Below, in pieces: positions 52,261-63,051 of a stretch of DNA of 64,000 bases (position 1 is its first letter; each line of letters starts with the position of its first letter). The notes below the pieces were generated by a model that saw nothing but the letters and a program-made list of their open reading frames with translations, was not told the DNA's origin and did not search any database. The stretch spans positions 6,080,001 to 6,144,000 of the forward strand of contig OZ245365.1 in assembly GCA_965226495.1 (NCBI GenBank), read 5' to 3'. The position numbers were made by a program, and so were the translations under genes. Source of the DNA: Candidatus Marinacidobacterales bacterium. GTDB lineage: Bacteria; Acidobacteriota; Vicinamibacteria; Marinacidobacterales; DATDRI01.

Positions 52261-52989
52261 TCAATCCAGTTCGTCGGCAAGGGCTCTAATCAGCTCACCG
52301 CCGTTGCCCTTCCAGGCCGAACCGTGCATACAAGCCAGAGTCGTTGGCTCGGTGGCGGCGAGTTTTTCTAGGATCTGCCGCGTGTCCTTGGCATGTGAGT
52401 AATAGTCCATGCCCTCACGCATCGCCTCGCTGGGCCCGAGAATATCGCCATCGGTAAGGGGCTTGTGCTCGTGCCCCCCCTGCGTGAAAAGATCTCCACA
52501 AAGTAGAGTTCGCGTCGACTCTTCGAAGAGGAGGCCGCACTCCCAGGCGTGCGGAACGTGCGGGGTGTACAGCCAGCGCACCTTGTGCTTGCCTAGCGTT
52601 ACCTCGGCACCATCCGCGAGCGCACGAGCCGGCCGGTCGGAGACGTCATCCACCGAGACCATGGCGGCGATATCGCTGCACAGTGGTGCTGCTTGCGGGG
52701 CCACCGCGAGAAAGTCGTTCAACGCTCCACATTCATCCGCTTCGAAGTGAGAGAACGACACGTGGCGCAGCCGCTCGACTGGCATGACACTCTCGATGGC
52801 TTCGCGTACGACGGGAAAGAGCTTCCGTAGACCAGTGTGAAATAGAAGCGGCTCGTCGTCGACGATGAGGTACTGATTGAACGTGAAGCCTACCGGGATG
52901 ACTCCCGGTGGGATCGGCGTGCTAATTCGGTAAATTTGATCGGCGATCTCGTCGACCCGAGTTCCCGAAGTGGAATTGGTGATGCCCAT
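52261..52989 (-). CDS. MBL-fold (FprA/ODP-like di-iron) protein
   Basis: SHFEADECG, TPHVPHAW, LCGDLF, CMHG. Confidence 0.85.
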   Translation of the reverse strand: MGITNSTSGTRVDEIADQIYRISTPIPPGVIPVGFTFNQYLIVDDEPLLFHTGLRKLFPVVREAIESVMPVERLRHVSFSHFEADECGALNDFLAVAPQAAPLCSDIAAMVSVDDVSDRPARALADGAEVTLGKHKVRWLYTPHVPHAWECGLLFEESTRTLLCGDLFTQGGHEHKPLTDGDILGPSEAMREGMDYYSHAKDTRQILEKLAATEPTTLACMHGSAWKGNGGELIRALADELD

Positions 52990-53078
52990 GTCTGATCTCC
53001 TTTAAGCGGGTGGCGACGAGCATATATTCGAACGGGCCGGAAGTCCACTCTCTCCTCGGTCAGTGCTACAGTACAGGC

Positions 53079-54239
53079 ATGAAGCGTTGGGTCAAGAGGG
53101 GCGCAATCTTTATCGGGTTAATCATTCTTATCGTTGTGCTCCAGTTTACGGTCTTCGCGCCGGAACTGGTGCCGGTGGAAGTCGTTACCGTCGCGCCGGG
53201 CCCGGTCGAAGAAACGGTGACGAACTCTCAGGCAGGGACGGTCCGCGCTCGGAAAAGAGCGAAGCTGTCGCCAGAATTCGGCGGGACGGTGGTCTCGATT
53301 CCCTTTCGGGAGGGCGACCGAGTTTCAAAAGGCGTCGTCGTGCTTCGGCTCGACGATCAGCTGCAGAAGGCCGAGCTGAGTCTCGCAGAACGTGAGCTCG
53401 ATACCGCATCCGCGCAACACGACCAGGCGTGCTTCGCGGCGGAAAGGGCGGCACGAGAGAAAGAGCGAGTCAGCCGGCTCGCCGAGGATGAGATAGCGTC
53501 GCGGTCTTTACTGGACGAAGCGAGCACGGAGGCCGATCGGGCCGCTGCCGCTTGCCGAGCCGCGGCGGCAAGCGTTGAGCGGGCGAGGGCTTCGATCGTA
53601 CTCGCCCGCACGAGAGTGGAGAAGACGGTACTGCGCGCGCCGTTCGACGGGGTGGTCGCGGAGCTGACAACGGAAGTCGGCGAGTGGGTGTCGCCATCGC
53701 CCCCGGCCCTTCCCATACCTCCAGTCGTTGACATCCTCGCTCCCGAGTCCGTCTATATAAGTGCTCCGATGGACGAGGTCGATTCGGCGCAGATCGCTCC
53801 CGACCAGCCGGCGCGGGTGACTATCGACTCTTTTCGGGGAAAGCACTTCTCCGGCCGAGTGAGTCGAGTGGCGCCCTACGTCCTCGACCTCGAAGCGCAG
53901 AATCGTACGATCGAGATAGAGGTAGAGCTCGATGATGTGGACGCTGCTATCTCCCTACGTTTGTTGCCGGGAACGTCGGCAGACGTGGAAGTGATTCTCG
54001 AGGAGCGAACGGGAGTGCTGCGTATCCCGAGTCACGCGCTTCTAGAAGGGGAACAAGTTCTTCTCGTGGAGGACGGTCGGCTGGTAGCACGAGACGTCGA
54101 AGTCGGACTCAGCAACTGGGACTATACGGAGATCGTGAGTGGGCTCAGGGCCGGCGAAGAGGTCGTCGTCTCGCTCGACCGCCCCGAGGTTCAGCCGGGC
54201 GCGTCGGCGGTAGTCGAGAAGAGCCAAGGCGCACCGTGA
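53079..54239 (+). CDS. Efflux periplasmic adaptor subunit (MacA-like)
   Basis: N-terminal TM; EGDRV, LRAPFDG, VEVGLSN. Confidence 0.9.
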   Translation: MKRWVKRGAIFIGLIILIVVLQFTVFAPELVPVEVVTVAPGPVEETVTNSQAGTVRARKRAKLSPEFGGTVVSIPFREGDRVSKGVVVLRLDDQLQKAELSLAERELDTASAQHDQACFAAERAAREKERVSRLAEDEIASRSLLDEASTEADRAAAACRAAAASVERARASIVLARTRVEKTVLRAPFDGVVAELTTEVGEWVSPSPPALPIPPVVDILAPESVYISAPMDEVDSAQIAPDQPARVTIDSFRGKHFSGRVSRVAPYVLDLEAQNRTIEIEVELDDVDAAISLRLLPGTSADVEVILEERTGVLRIPSHALLEGEQVLLVEDGRLVARDVEVGLSNWDYTEIVSGLRAGEEVVVSLDRPEVQPGASAVVEKSQGAP

Positions 54240-54961
54240 TTCGTCTGGAGGGAATCAGCCGATCTTTCATCGTCGGTGGCCAGCCGGTCCATGCGCTGGT
54301 CGATGTTCACGAGCGAATTGAATCGGGCGAGCACATCGCCATCATGGGGCCTTCCGGCTCCGGAAAGTCGACCCTCCTCAACGTCCTTGGCCTCCTCGAT
54401 CGCCCTTCCTCGGGTTCCTACTGGCTCGACGATCGTGAAGTATCGAAACTCGACGAGCTCGAGCTGACACAAGTTCGACGCCACCGTATCGGATTCGTCT
54501 TCCAGTTCTTTCACCTCGTTGCCCGTCTCACCGCCCTCGAAAACGTGGAGCTTCCCATGATCTTTGCCGGCATCCCTCGTGAGGAGCGAAGGAAGAAGGC
54601 ATCCGAGTTGCTACAAGCAGTTGGGCTAGGCGAACGAATCGATCATCGTCCGGATCAACTCTCTGGTGGAGAGCAGCAGCGCGTCGCGCTCGCTCGTGCC
54701 ACGGTCATGGGACCGGGACTTCTCCTTGCCGATGAACCCACCGGTAACTTGGACACCGCGTCCGGACAACAGGTGCTCGATCTGCTGGACGAAATGAACG
54801 ATAACGGTCTCACCCTGGTGGTGGTGACGCACGATCCTGATGTCGCGCGTCGGGCCGACCGCATTCTCGTGCTCGCCGACGGACGAATCGCCCGCCGTTT
54901 GAGCGGAGCTGAGATCGCACAGGTCGCCGGGTTTACGGATCTGGCAGGCGGACGAACGTGA
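54236..54961 (+). CDS. ABC transporter ATP-binding protein (LolD/MacB-like)
   Basis: [29 protein letters not shown]. Confidence 0.95.
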   Translation: MIRLEGISRSFIVGGQPVHALVDVHERIESGEHIAIMGPSGSGKSTLLNVLGLLDRPSSGSYWLDDREVSKLDELELTQVRRHRIGFVFQFFHLVARLTALENVELPMIFAGIPREERRKKASELLQAVGLGERIDHRPDQLSGGEQQRVALARATVMGPGLLLADEPTGNLDTASGQQVLDLLDEMNDNGLTLVVVTHDPDVARRADRILVLADGRIARRLSGAEIAQVAGFTDLAGGRT

Positions 54962-56160
54962 GTTTCCCCGATCTGCTGCGCTATGCTATCCGCGCCCTCG
55001 TGGGGCGTCGCTTGCGTGCCGCATTGAGCCTGCTGGGAATGGCGATCGGCGTCGCGGCGGTGGTGGTGCTGACCGCGTTAGGTCAAGGGGCGCTCACCTA
55101 CGTCTCCGACCAGTTCGGAAACATCGGCACCAATATCCTCATAGTCGTTCCCGGCAAGACCGAGACCACGGGAGGATTTCCAGGGGTGGGTGGCACACCG
55201 AACGACCTGACACTCGACGACTTCGAAGTGCTGGTCCGCAGTATGAGAGAAGTTCAACGGGCCGCACCGATCGCGATGGCCACCGCCGCGGTTTCACATG
55301 GAGCCCTTTCACGGCAGGTGGCGGTCGTCGGCACGACCGATCAGTTTCTGGCGGTTCGCAATCTGGCGCTGGGGCGAGGGCGGTTTCTGCCCGAGGCGGA
55401 GATCGATCGCGGGGCGGCGGTCGCGGTCATCGGGGAGAAAGTAGCCCGGGAGCTCTTCCCCGCACAAGATGCGTTAGGCCAGGTCATTCGAATCGACGAC
55501 GCACGGATGAGGGTGATCGGACTCCTGGCACCGAAAGGAGTGCAGCTCGGTCTCGATCTCGACGACATGGTGGTCATACCGGTTGCTTCGGCGATGCGCC
55601 TGTTCAACCGCAGTTCTCTTTTTCGCATTATCTTGGAGGTTCGGCCTAGCGCCGATCTGGGACTCGCCTGCGATAAGGTCACGCAAATCATGACCGAGCG
55701 CCATGATGAAGAAGACGTCACTTGCATCCGGCAGGACGCGGTGGTCGAGACGTTTTCATCCATTCTCGGAACACTGACCTTGGTGCTGGTTGCGATCGCC
55801 TCGATCTCTCTCACCGTTGCCGGCATCGGGATCATGAACGTCATGCTGGTGTCGGTCTCGGAGCGTACGCCAGAAGTCGGTTTGCTGAAAGCGGTGGGCG
55901 TTGCACCCAAGCAGATTATTGCGGTGTTCGTCACCGAGGCCGCCTTGCTCTCGACGGCGGGCGGGCTAGTCGGTCTCGCAATCGGTTGGCTGGTGGTCAA
56001 AGTACTAGTCGGAATCTATCCTGCTCTGCCGGCGAGCCCGCCGGCTTGGGCGGTGGCTGCTGCGTTGGCGGTCTCCACGGTCGTTGGAATGACCTTCGGC
56101 GTGCTACCCGCTCGGCGCGCCGCTCGCCTCGATCCCATCACCGCGTTGGCCCGCCGGTAG
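54958..56160 (+). CDS. MacB/FtsX-like ABC permease
   Basis: [29 protein letters not shown]. Confidence 0.92.
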   Translation: MSFPDLLRYAIRALVGRRLRAALSLLGMAIGVAAVVVLTALGQGALTYVSDQFGNIGTNILIVVPGKTETTGGFPGVGGTPNDLTLDDFEVLVRSMREVQRAAPIAMATAAVSHGALSRQVAVVGTTDQFLAVRNLALGRGRFLPEAEIDRGAAVAVIGEKVARELFPAQDALGQVIRIDDARMRVIGLLAPKGVQLGLDLDDMVVIPVASAMRLFNRSSLFRIILEVRPSADLGLACDKVTQIMTERHDEEDVTCIRQDAVVETFSSILGTLTLVLVAIASISLTVAGIGIMNVMLVSVSERTPEVGLLKAVGVAPKQIIAVFVTEAALLSTAGGLVGLAIGWLVVKVLVGIYPALPASPPAWAVAAALAVSTVVGMTFGVLPARRAARLDPITALARR

Positions 56161-56169
56161 GAATAGCAC

Positions 56170-57366
56170 GTGCGAGATCTGTTGTTGTTCGCTTTCGGTG
56201 CCCTGGCCCGTTATCGATTGCGCTCGATGCTTTCGATGCTCGGGATTGCCATTGGTATCGGTTCGGTCATTCTGCTGACATCGATCGGCGAAGGGACGCG
56301 GCTCTATGTCCTCGATCAGTTTACTCAGTTCGGCACCAACCTTCTGCAGATCAATCCCGGCAAGGCAGAGACCATGGGTATCCCAGGCGTTTTGGGGGGG
56401 ACAACACATAAACTCTCGATCGACGACTCGCTAGCCATTGCACGGCTGTCGCAGGTCGAGACCGTCGTGCCATTGGCGTTCGGAATGGCACGCGTGGAGG
56501 CGGAGGGGCGAGGTCGTAGCGTGTACATCTACGGTGTCACGCCTGATGTACCCGCGGTTTGGAAATTCCGCGTGAGGCAAGGCTCCTTCTGGCCCACCGG
56601 GGATCCGCGACGTGGCCAATCGATGGCGGTCCTGGGACCCAAGCTCAAGCGGGAACTCTTTGGAAACGCCAACGCGCTCGGTCGTTTCGTTCGCGTCGGA
56701 GGGACCCGATTTCGCATCGTGGGAGTGATGGAGCCCAAGGGGCAGTTTCTAGGCTTCGATATCGATGACGGAGCCTATATCCCGGTGGCCTCCGCGATGC
56801 GGCTCTTCAATCAGGATGAACTTCAGGAGATTGATGTTGTCTTCTCGAGCTCTGCCTCTGTGGACACGATCGTCGATCGCATCACCAGCCTTCTGATCGA
56901 TCGACACCGCGGGAACGAAGATTTCACTATCACCACCCAGGCGGCGATGATGGATGTGTTCGGCAACGTCATGAACATTATTACGATGGCGGTCGGTGCT
57001 ATTGCCGCGATCTCACTGCTCGTCGGGTCCATTGGAATCCTGACCATGATGTGGATCGCAGTAGGAGAGCGCACCGCCGAGATTGGATTGATCCGTGCGA
57101 TCGGCGCTTCACGACGGCAGGTGCAGGTGGTTTTTCTCGTGGAAGCGGGAGCGCTGGCCACAGTTGGAGGCCTCGCAGGTTTGCTCGGGGGGTTGGCGGT
57201 CTGCGCTTTGCTCCGCGGCTTCGTTCCTGGCCTACCGGTTCACACACCGGTGCTCTGGGCAGTCTTGGCGGTGGCGATCAGCTTCGCGACCGGTTTGGTC
57301 TCCGGTGTGGCGCCGGCGCGAAGGGCGGCCTCGCTCGATCCCATCGAGGCGCTCCATACCGAGTAG
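56170..57366 (+). CDS. MacB/FtsX-like ABC permease (second)
   Basis: ERTAEIGLIRAIGA, PARRAASLDP. Confidence 0.92.
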   Translation: MRDLLLFAFGALARYRLRSMLSMLGIAIGIGSVILLTSIGEGTRLYVLDQFTQFGTNLLQINPGKAETMGIPGVLGGTTHKLSIDDSLAIARLSQVETVVPLAFGMARVEAEGRGRSVYIYGVTPDVPAVWKFRVRQGSFWPTGDPRRGQSMAVLGPKLKRELFGNANALGRFVRVGGTRFRIVGVMEPKGQFLGFDIDDGAYIPVASAMRLFNQDELQEIDVVFSSSASVDTIVDRITSLLIDRHRGNEDFTITTQAAMMDVFGNVMNIITMAVGAIAAISLLVGSIGILTMMWIAVGERTAEIGLIRAIGASRRQVQVVFLVEAGALATVGGLAGLLGGLAVCALLRGFVPGLPVHTPVLWAVLAVAISFATGLVSGVAPARRAASLDPIEALHTE

Positions 57367-57615
57367 CTCATAAGCCTTGAGACGCAAAAAAACAAAAAAA
57401 GACTTGACAGGTTCTGCGAAGCAATTTCGAAGTGTGATTAGTTACTAGCGTAAACACCTCCCTGAAACGCATACACGCGTTCTCGCATATTCCCTCCAAG
57501 GTTTAGATGTTTTCTTGATCTAATCCGTTTTCCTCCCGTCTGGCGACGGCCAAGGCCCCAGAAAAACCCGTGGCTATATTAGAAGAAGCAAGAATCGAAA
57601 GAGGGGGCGAAACTC

Positions 57616-58701
57616 ATGATAGAAAGAGTAAAGAGATACTTGGAGGCACTCGAAAGGCTCTCCACCGAAGAGATCGATCAGTCCGTGGAGAAACTCGTCC
57701 GCACCGAGAAACGAAACGTGGCGCTCGTCATCGCACACATCGCCGAGATGTCGAGAAGAAAAGGCCACCTCGAGCAGGGGTACAAGAATCTCTTTGACTA
57801 TTGCACGAGACGTTTGCGTCTGAGCGAAGGGTCGGTCGCCTTGCGGATTCAGGTCGCCAATGTGTCGAGGCGCTTTCCCCAGCTTCTCATTGCGCTGGCC
57901 GAAAACCGATTGAGTCTCACCGTGGCGGGTCTTCTTGCGCCCGTTCTCACGGAGAGCAATGTCGAGAAGCTCCTCGGGCATTGCGCTGGAATGACCAAGC
58001 GTGAGGCCGAGGAGTACCTGGTCGCGCTCCGGCCAAAGGTCGCCTTCGCTCCCTCGATTCGCAAATCGCCTTCTCCGGCAACCATCCCGCCGAAAGCCAC
58101 TTCACGCTCCATAGCTCAGCTGCCCCAGGAGACGCGTCCAACTCCTCGAGTGTCGCCGAGTATCCTCCAACCGGCGAGGCCGGAGCTCTTCAATTTCCGT
58201 TTTGCCGCCGACCGAAAGTTCAAGGACAGGTTCGAGCGTCTGGCGGAAGTCCTCGGTGTCCAGAATCCTCAACAACACATGGCCGAGATCATGGAGCAGG
58301 CCCTGGAAATTGCTCTGGATAAGAAGGACGTGCAGAGGAAGCGTGCACGCCGACTACAGAGGGTGTCGAAAGGTAACAAAAAATCTCGTCCAGACAAGGT
58401 TTTCGCAAAGTCTCGTTACATCCCGTCAGAGGTTCGTGAGCGCGTCCAAGCACGGGCCGGATACCAGTGCCAATACCGAGGTCCTGACGGAAACCGGTGT
58501 CGGTCACGAACGGGACTTCAGGTTGAGCACCTGCGGCCCTTTGCTTTGTATCGCAGCCACGACGAGAAGTATCTGCGGCTCTATTGCGACCCCCACAATC
58601 GTTTGAGCGCCGAGCGGGTCTATGGGGCCGCGTTCATCCAAGAGAAGATCGAGGCCTCTCGGCGCAGGCGCTCGCCGAACGGCCTCGCCGACTCATCGTA
58701 G
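57616..58701 (+). CDS. DUF222-like N-terminal domain + HNH endonuclease
   Basis: GYKNLFDYC..L.LSE..RI..A..RRFP; RYIP, C......G.RC, EHLRP, LRLYCDPHN. Confidence 0.8.
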   Translation: MIERVKRYLEALERLSTEEIDQSVEKLVRTEKRNVALVIAHIAEMSRRKGHLEQGYKNLFDYCTRRLRLSEGSVALRIQVANVSRRFPQLLIALAENRLSLTVAGLLAPVLTESNVEKLLGHCAGMTKREAEEYLVALRPKVAFAPSIRKSPSPATIPPKATSRSIAQLPQETRPTPRVSPSILQPARPELFNFRFAADRKFKDRFERLAEVLGVQNPQQHMAEIMEQALEIALDKKDVQRKRARRLQRVSKGNKKSRPDKVFAKSRYIPSEVRERVQARAGYQCQYRGPDGNRCRSRTGLQVEHLRPFALYRSHDEKYLRLYCDPHNRLSAERVYGAAFIQEKIEASRRRRSPNGLADSS

Positions 58702-58860
58702 CCAGCAATATCCCGCATCACACCAGCCGTGAAGCAAGCGAGTGGTAGCAAAAGGCCTGAAGCTCAATCCGAGGAAAGTTAAGGTGCCACGCGGAACGCC
58801 GGCGTGACAGGCCGGGGAAGGCGTCCAAGCGGTACAAAGAGAGGAAGAAGGAGCCTAAGA

Positions 58861-58873
58861 AATCAAGCAGTTA
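58861..58873 (+). promoter_or_regulatory. IHF consensus site inside an inverted repeat
   Basis: AATCAAGCAGTTA matches WATCAR-N4-TTR; flanked by AAGGAGCCT (58848) and AGGCTCCTT (58886). Confidence 0.45.
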
Positions 58874-58958
58874 GACTTTCGGGTCAGGCTCCTTTGGTAC
58901 CTGTTAGGACAGCTTCACTGCACAATTACCGCACAGGACGAAGACTTCGCGCTTCCCT

Positions 58959-58987
58959 TGGACACTTTGCCTTTGCCCGACTAGAAT
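58959..58987 (+). promoter_or_regulatory. Candidate sigma70 promoter of the kinase gene
   Basis: TGGACA-N17-TAGAAT. Confidence 0.5.
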
Positions 58988-59025
58988 CTCCTCCTTGGCT
59001 TGTGCTGATTCCCGAAAGCCAGACC

Positions 59026-61691
59026 ATGCCCCTACAATCCGGAACCAAGCTCGGCACGTACGAGATCATCGCCGCCATCGGTGCGGGTGGCATGGGTGAG
59101 GTCTACCGCGCCAAGGACAGCAAGCTCGGGCGTGAGTTGCGGGAGTCGCCATCAAAGTCCTTCCTGACGCGCTCTCGCAAGACAAGGAACGTCTCGCACG
59201 TTTTGAACGTGAGGCCAAGCTCCTCGCGTCACTGAATCACCCCGGCATCGCTACACTCTTCGGGCTCGAGGAAGACGCTGGCAAACCATTCCTTGTCATG
59301 GAGCTCGTTGAGGGCGAGACTCTCTCGGAGCAAATCGCCCGCGGACCCCTTCCAGTAGAAGTCGCGTTGCCCCTGTTCCAGCAAATCGCAGAGGCACTGG
59401 AAGCCGCGCACGAAAAGGCAGTCATCCATCGCGACTTGAAGCCAGCCAATATCAAAGTCACGCCCGAAGGAAAGGTCAAAGTCCTCGACTTCGGGCTCGC
59501 CAAGGCGTTCGCGCCGCAAGAGTCAGAAGTCGATGATTCATCTCAATCGCCTACTCTAACCAAAGGCACGGCGCTCGGTGCGATAATGGGTACCGCGTCG
59601 TACATGAGTCCCGAGCAAGCGCGCGGCAAGCCCGTCGACAAACGAACCGACGTCTGGGCGTTCGGCTCTTGTCTTTACGAAGCACTCTCCGGCAAGAAAG
59701 CATTCGAAGGCGATACGGTCACCGACACGATCTCCGCAGTCGTGCGAGCCGAGCCGGACTGGAATCCGTTGTCGAAGCATCCGCAACGCGTGCGTCGGCT
59801 TCTCGCCCGGTGCCTGCAGAAAGACCCTCGGGAGCGACTCCGCGATATCGGTGACGCCCGCATCGAAATCCGAGATGCTTTGACCGAGCCCACAACCGTT
59901 CCAGGCGAAACGCAAACTTTGAGTCGGCGAGCGAGCTGGCTCCCCGCAGTCGCAGTGGGTGTGATCTTGTCCGCTTTGTTCTTTGCCGGTTTGAAGCTTG
60001 GGTGGTTCTCTCAGTCAACACCACCCCGGAGCGAGCTGAGCCTCCGCCAGCTCACCGCGAACCCCATCGACTACCCGGTGATGGGCGCCGCCATTTCCGG
60101 GGATGGAAAGTACCTCGCCTACGTCGATCCGAACGGACTCTTCCTTCGTCTGATCGACAGCGGGGAGACTCACAGTTTATCTCTGCCCGAAGCGTTTCGA
60201 GTGAGTGAGATCGATTGGTTCCCGGACGGTACGCACTTGCTTCTCGGGGCGGATGCCGGAGAGGGGCCAAGCCTTTGGAAGATCCCCATTCTGGGTGGTA
60301 CTCCCGCGAAGCTCGCGGACGGCGCACATGAGGCAACCATTTCGCCGGATGGTTCTCACATCGCTTTCTTCAAAGCGGTCTTCCCGGTGCGGGAAATCTA
60401 TCTGATGCGTGCCAGCGGGGAGGCTCTACGCAGTTTAGTGACCGGTGGGGAGGGCGACTCCTTCTCGGAGATGGCGTGGGCACCCGACGGGAAACGCCTA
60501 GCTTTTGGCAAATGGCGTTTAGAAGCGGATGGAAGTCGAGAAATGACCATCGAGAGCATCCATCTCGAAACTAACCAGATCGCTGTGATGGTATCCGGCC
60601 CCAGATTGGTTCAGAAGTGGAGAGGCAGTCTTCCTTTCTGCTGGACGCCGGACGGGCGTCTTCTCTATGCACTGCAAGAACCGTCTCCGAATCAAGACTA
60701 TTCCAATCTCTGGGAAGCGAAGATCGACCTAGCTACCGCAAAAGTGTCGGAGAAGTCGTCGAGACTGACACAACTATCGGGGTACAACTTTCGAGACCTC
60801 CACGTCACGAGTGACGGAAGCCGCCTTACGTTTCTGCTCGAGCGCAATCAATCTGACGTCTATGTTGGTGACATCGAATCCGCTGGCCGTGCTCTGGTCA
60901 ATGTACGCCGTCTCACACTGGATGAACGGGATGACTATCCTGGAGACTGGACGTTAGATGGTAGTGCCGTTCTCTTCTCGTCGAACCGAGGTGGCACTTG
61001 GGACGTCTTCAAACAGGATATCAATCAACGAAACGCCGAAACCGTTCTCGCCGGACCAGAAGACGAGGGCGAGGGGGGCTCGGTTTTCAGCGCCGACGGG
61101 GATTGGATTCTGTACTGGGTGTCAGACAAGTTGATGCGTAAGCCGGTATCCGGAGGACCTCCCGAGCTCATTTTGGCCGTTGGAGAGCAGATTCATTGCG
61201 CCCGTAGCCCCCTAAGAGGTTGCGTGTTGGGAGAGCGCGACCGAGACAAGAACCAATACATTTTCTCTGCGCTAGATCCAATCACAGGCAAAGGAGACGA
61301 GCTCTTGAGGATCGAGGATAACCCTCCTTTCACCAATTGGGACATTTCACCGGACGGCACCCGGATTGCGGTGGTGCACAACGACGATCGAATCCGCATC
61401 TTTGAGCTGTCAAGCGGTGAGGAGAGCGTGATTTCTCAAGAGGAATGGATCTTCGGTGAGTTCGTTGCATGGTCGGTAGATGGAGAAGGGGTATACCTGG
61501 ACGGCGGCCCGAAGACGAGCGACCGCAGGCGGCGCGGGCTCCTCTACGTTAGCTTGAAGGAAGACGTCACCCTTCTGCGACAAACACCACATGACTGGCA
61601 CGTCCAGCCCGTGACATCCCCGGACGGGCGCCACCTGGCCTTCGCTTCCATGTTCTTCTCCGGGAATGCCTGGATGATCGAGGACTTTTGA
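59026..61691 (+). pseudogene. Hanks-type Ser/Thr kinase + TM + TolB/WD40-like propeller, frameshifted near 59140
   Basis: GAGGMGEVY in one frame; VAIK, HRDLKPAN, DFGLAK, YMSPEQ and SPDG repeats in another. Confidence 0.88.
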
Positions 61692-61706
61692 CGATCGAGC
61701 GTTGAC

Positions 61707-61871
61707 ATGACACTCGCTGCGGGCACACATTTCGGAACTTACGAGATCGTCTCCGGTGCGGGAGGAATGGGCGAAGTGTATCGCGCCTGCGCTGGTCTCC
61801 GCGAGCTGACCGAGCCAAACGTCGTCCTCAACTGGTTCGAGGAGCTGAAGCGCCTCGTCCCGACGAAGTAG
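61707..61871 (+). pseudogene. 54-aa kinase mini-gene: N-terminus fused to extreme C-terminus
   Basis: MTLAAGTHFGTYEIVSGAGGMGEVYRA + NVVLNWFEELKRLVPTK*. Confidence 0.75.
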
Positions 61872-61884
61872 GACACGAACCCAC

Positions 61885-62802
61885 TCAATGCTCTCCAGCC
61901 GTCGAACGATGGACGGCGAGTGCGACGCCAACAATGACAAGAGCCGCGCCGGCGAGGAGTCGCGGGTGCAGTAGCTCCTCGCCGCGAAGGAGGCCAACCC
62001 CAACCGCGATTAGTGGAATGATGTACGCGGTGAGAGCCAAACGTTTCGCTGGAATAAACGAGAGCAGCCAGTAATAGAGAAAAAACGTCACCGCCGACCC
62101 GCAGATCGCAAGGTAAAGTAGCGCACCGATTGTGTCGGAGTTCCAAACGAGACTCTTTCCACGCTCGAGCCACAGTGCGATGGCTCCCATGACCACTGCG
62201 GTGACGGCCATGGGTCCTCCGGCAAGCGAGAGCGGATGGATATCTGTGCCCCAACGTTTGACGACGATCGTGCCGAAGGCGGCCGATATCGGTGAGAGCA
62301 ACATCACTAGCGCCGCGGCATAGACATTGTGTCCACCTAGTGCGGCGAGGTCTTCGGAGAAGATCACCCCGACCCCGGCAAAGCCGATGACGATGCCGAG
62401 GATCTCGCCGGGAGTTAATCTCTCCCCGGAAAGGACGAAATGGCCCACGCTCGTTACCACGAGTGGATAGATAGCGAACAGGATGGCCGCCAGACCCGAG
62501 GGTACCCACTGTTCGCTCCAATAGACGGCGCCGTAAGCGATGGTGAAAGAGAGAATGCCATTTGCGAACCAGATGGTGATCTCTTTGCGCGTCGTTCCAA
62601 CCTTGATTCCTAGTGCGGCGGCCACCGCGAAAAGAAGTGTCGAGGCGAGTGCGAATCGGATGGCAACGCCGCTGAAGGGTGGGGTGCCGCGGAGCCCCAC
62701 CGCAATGACCGCCCAGGTCGTGCCCCAGATCAGACAAACGACGGTAAAGGCCAGAACAATAAGCAATGTGCTGGGCGGGCGTCTTCCGGTTGCGGCAGGC
62801 AT
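61885..62802 (-). CDS. EamA/DMT family transporter
   Basis: IWGTTW, RFALA, SEQWVPSG, LYLAICGS, PLIAV..G..E. Confidence 0.9.
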   Translation of the reverse strand: MPAATGRRPPSTLLIVLAFTVVCLIWGTTWAVIAVGLRGTPPFSGVAIRFALASTLLFAVAAALGIKVGTTRKEITIWFANGILSFTIAYGAVYWSEQWVPSGLAAILFAIYPLVVTSVGHFVLSGERLTPGEILGIVIGFAGVGVIFSEDLAALGGHNVYAAALVMLLSPISAAFGTIVVKRWGTDIHPLSLAGGPMAVTAVVMGAIALWLERGKSLVWNSDTIGALLYLAICGSAVTFFLYYWLLSFIPAKRLALTAYIIPLIAVGVGLLRGEELLHPRLLAGAALVIVGVALAVHRSTAGEH

Positions 62803-62991
62803 GACCCGGCAGTGTAACCATTTCGTTCCGCGGTGGCTCGTGAATGCTCCGGGCAAAAGGCGAAATGACTTGTCCCGATCATATGACCGATGGCGGACAG
62901 GCCGGTCCCAGCGGCGAACAGCCGGACGTCGCCTTCGCGGGCCCGTCTGCCCTATCTCACTGATTTCTAAGGGGGATTTGCCGGGGCCTCA

Positions 62992-63007
62992 TGGCATGAC
63001 CCGTGCA
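62992..63007 (+). promoter_or_regulatory. Candidate sigma54 (-24/-12) promoter
   Basis: TGGCAT-N5-GTGCA (GG-N10-GC); an imperfect IHF-like AT-rich site lies about 30 bp upstream. Confidence 0.55.
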
Positions 63008-63051
63008 TTTGTAGATAATCTACAGGAAGCGTGGACAGGAGGTAGAGACTC

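Noticed and set aside
53079-57366. Adaptor + ATPase + two permeases cluster
   Set aside because: Ordinary MacAB/YknXYZ-like arrangement; nothing unusual seen
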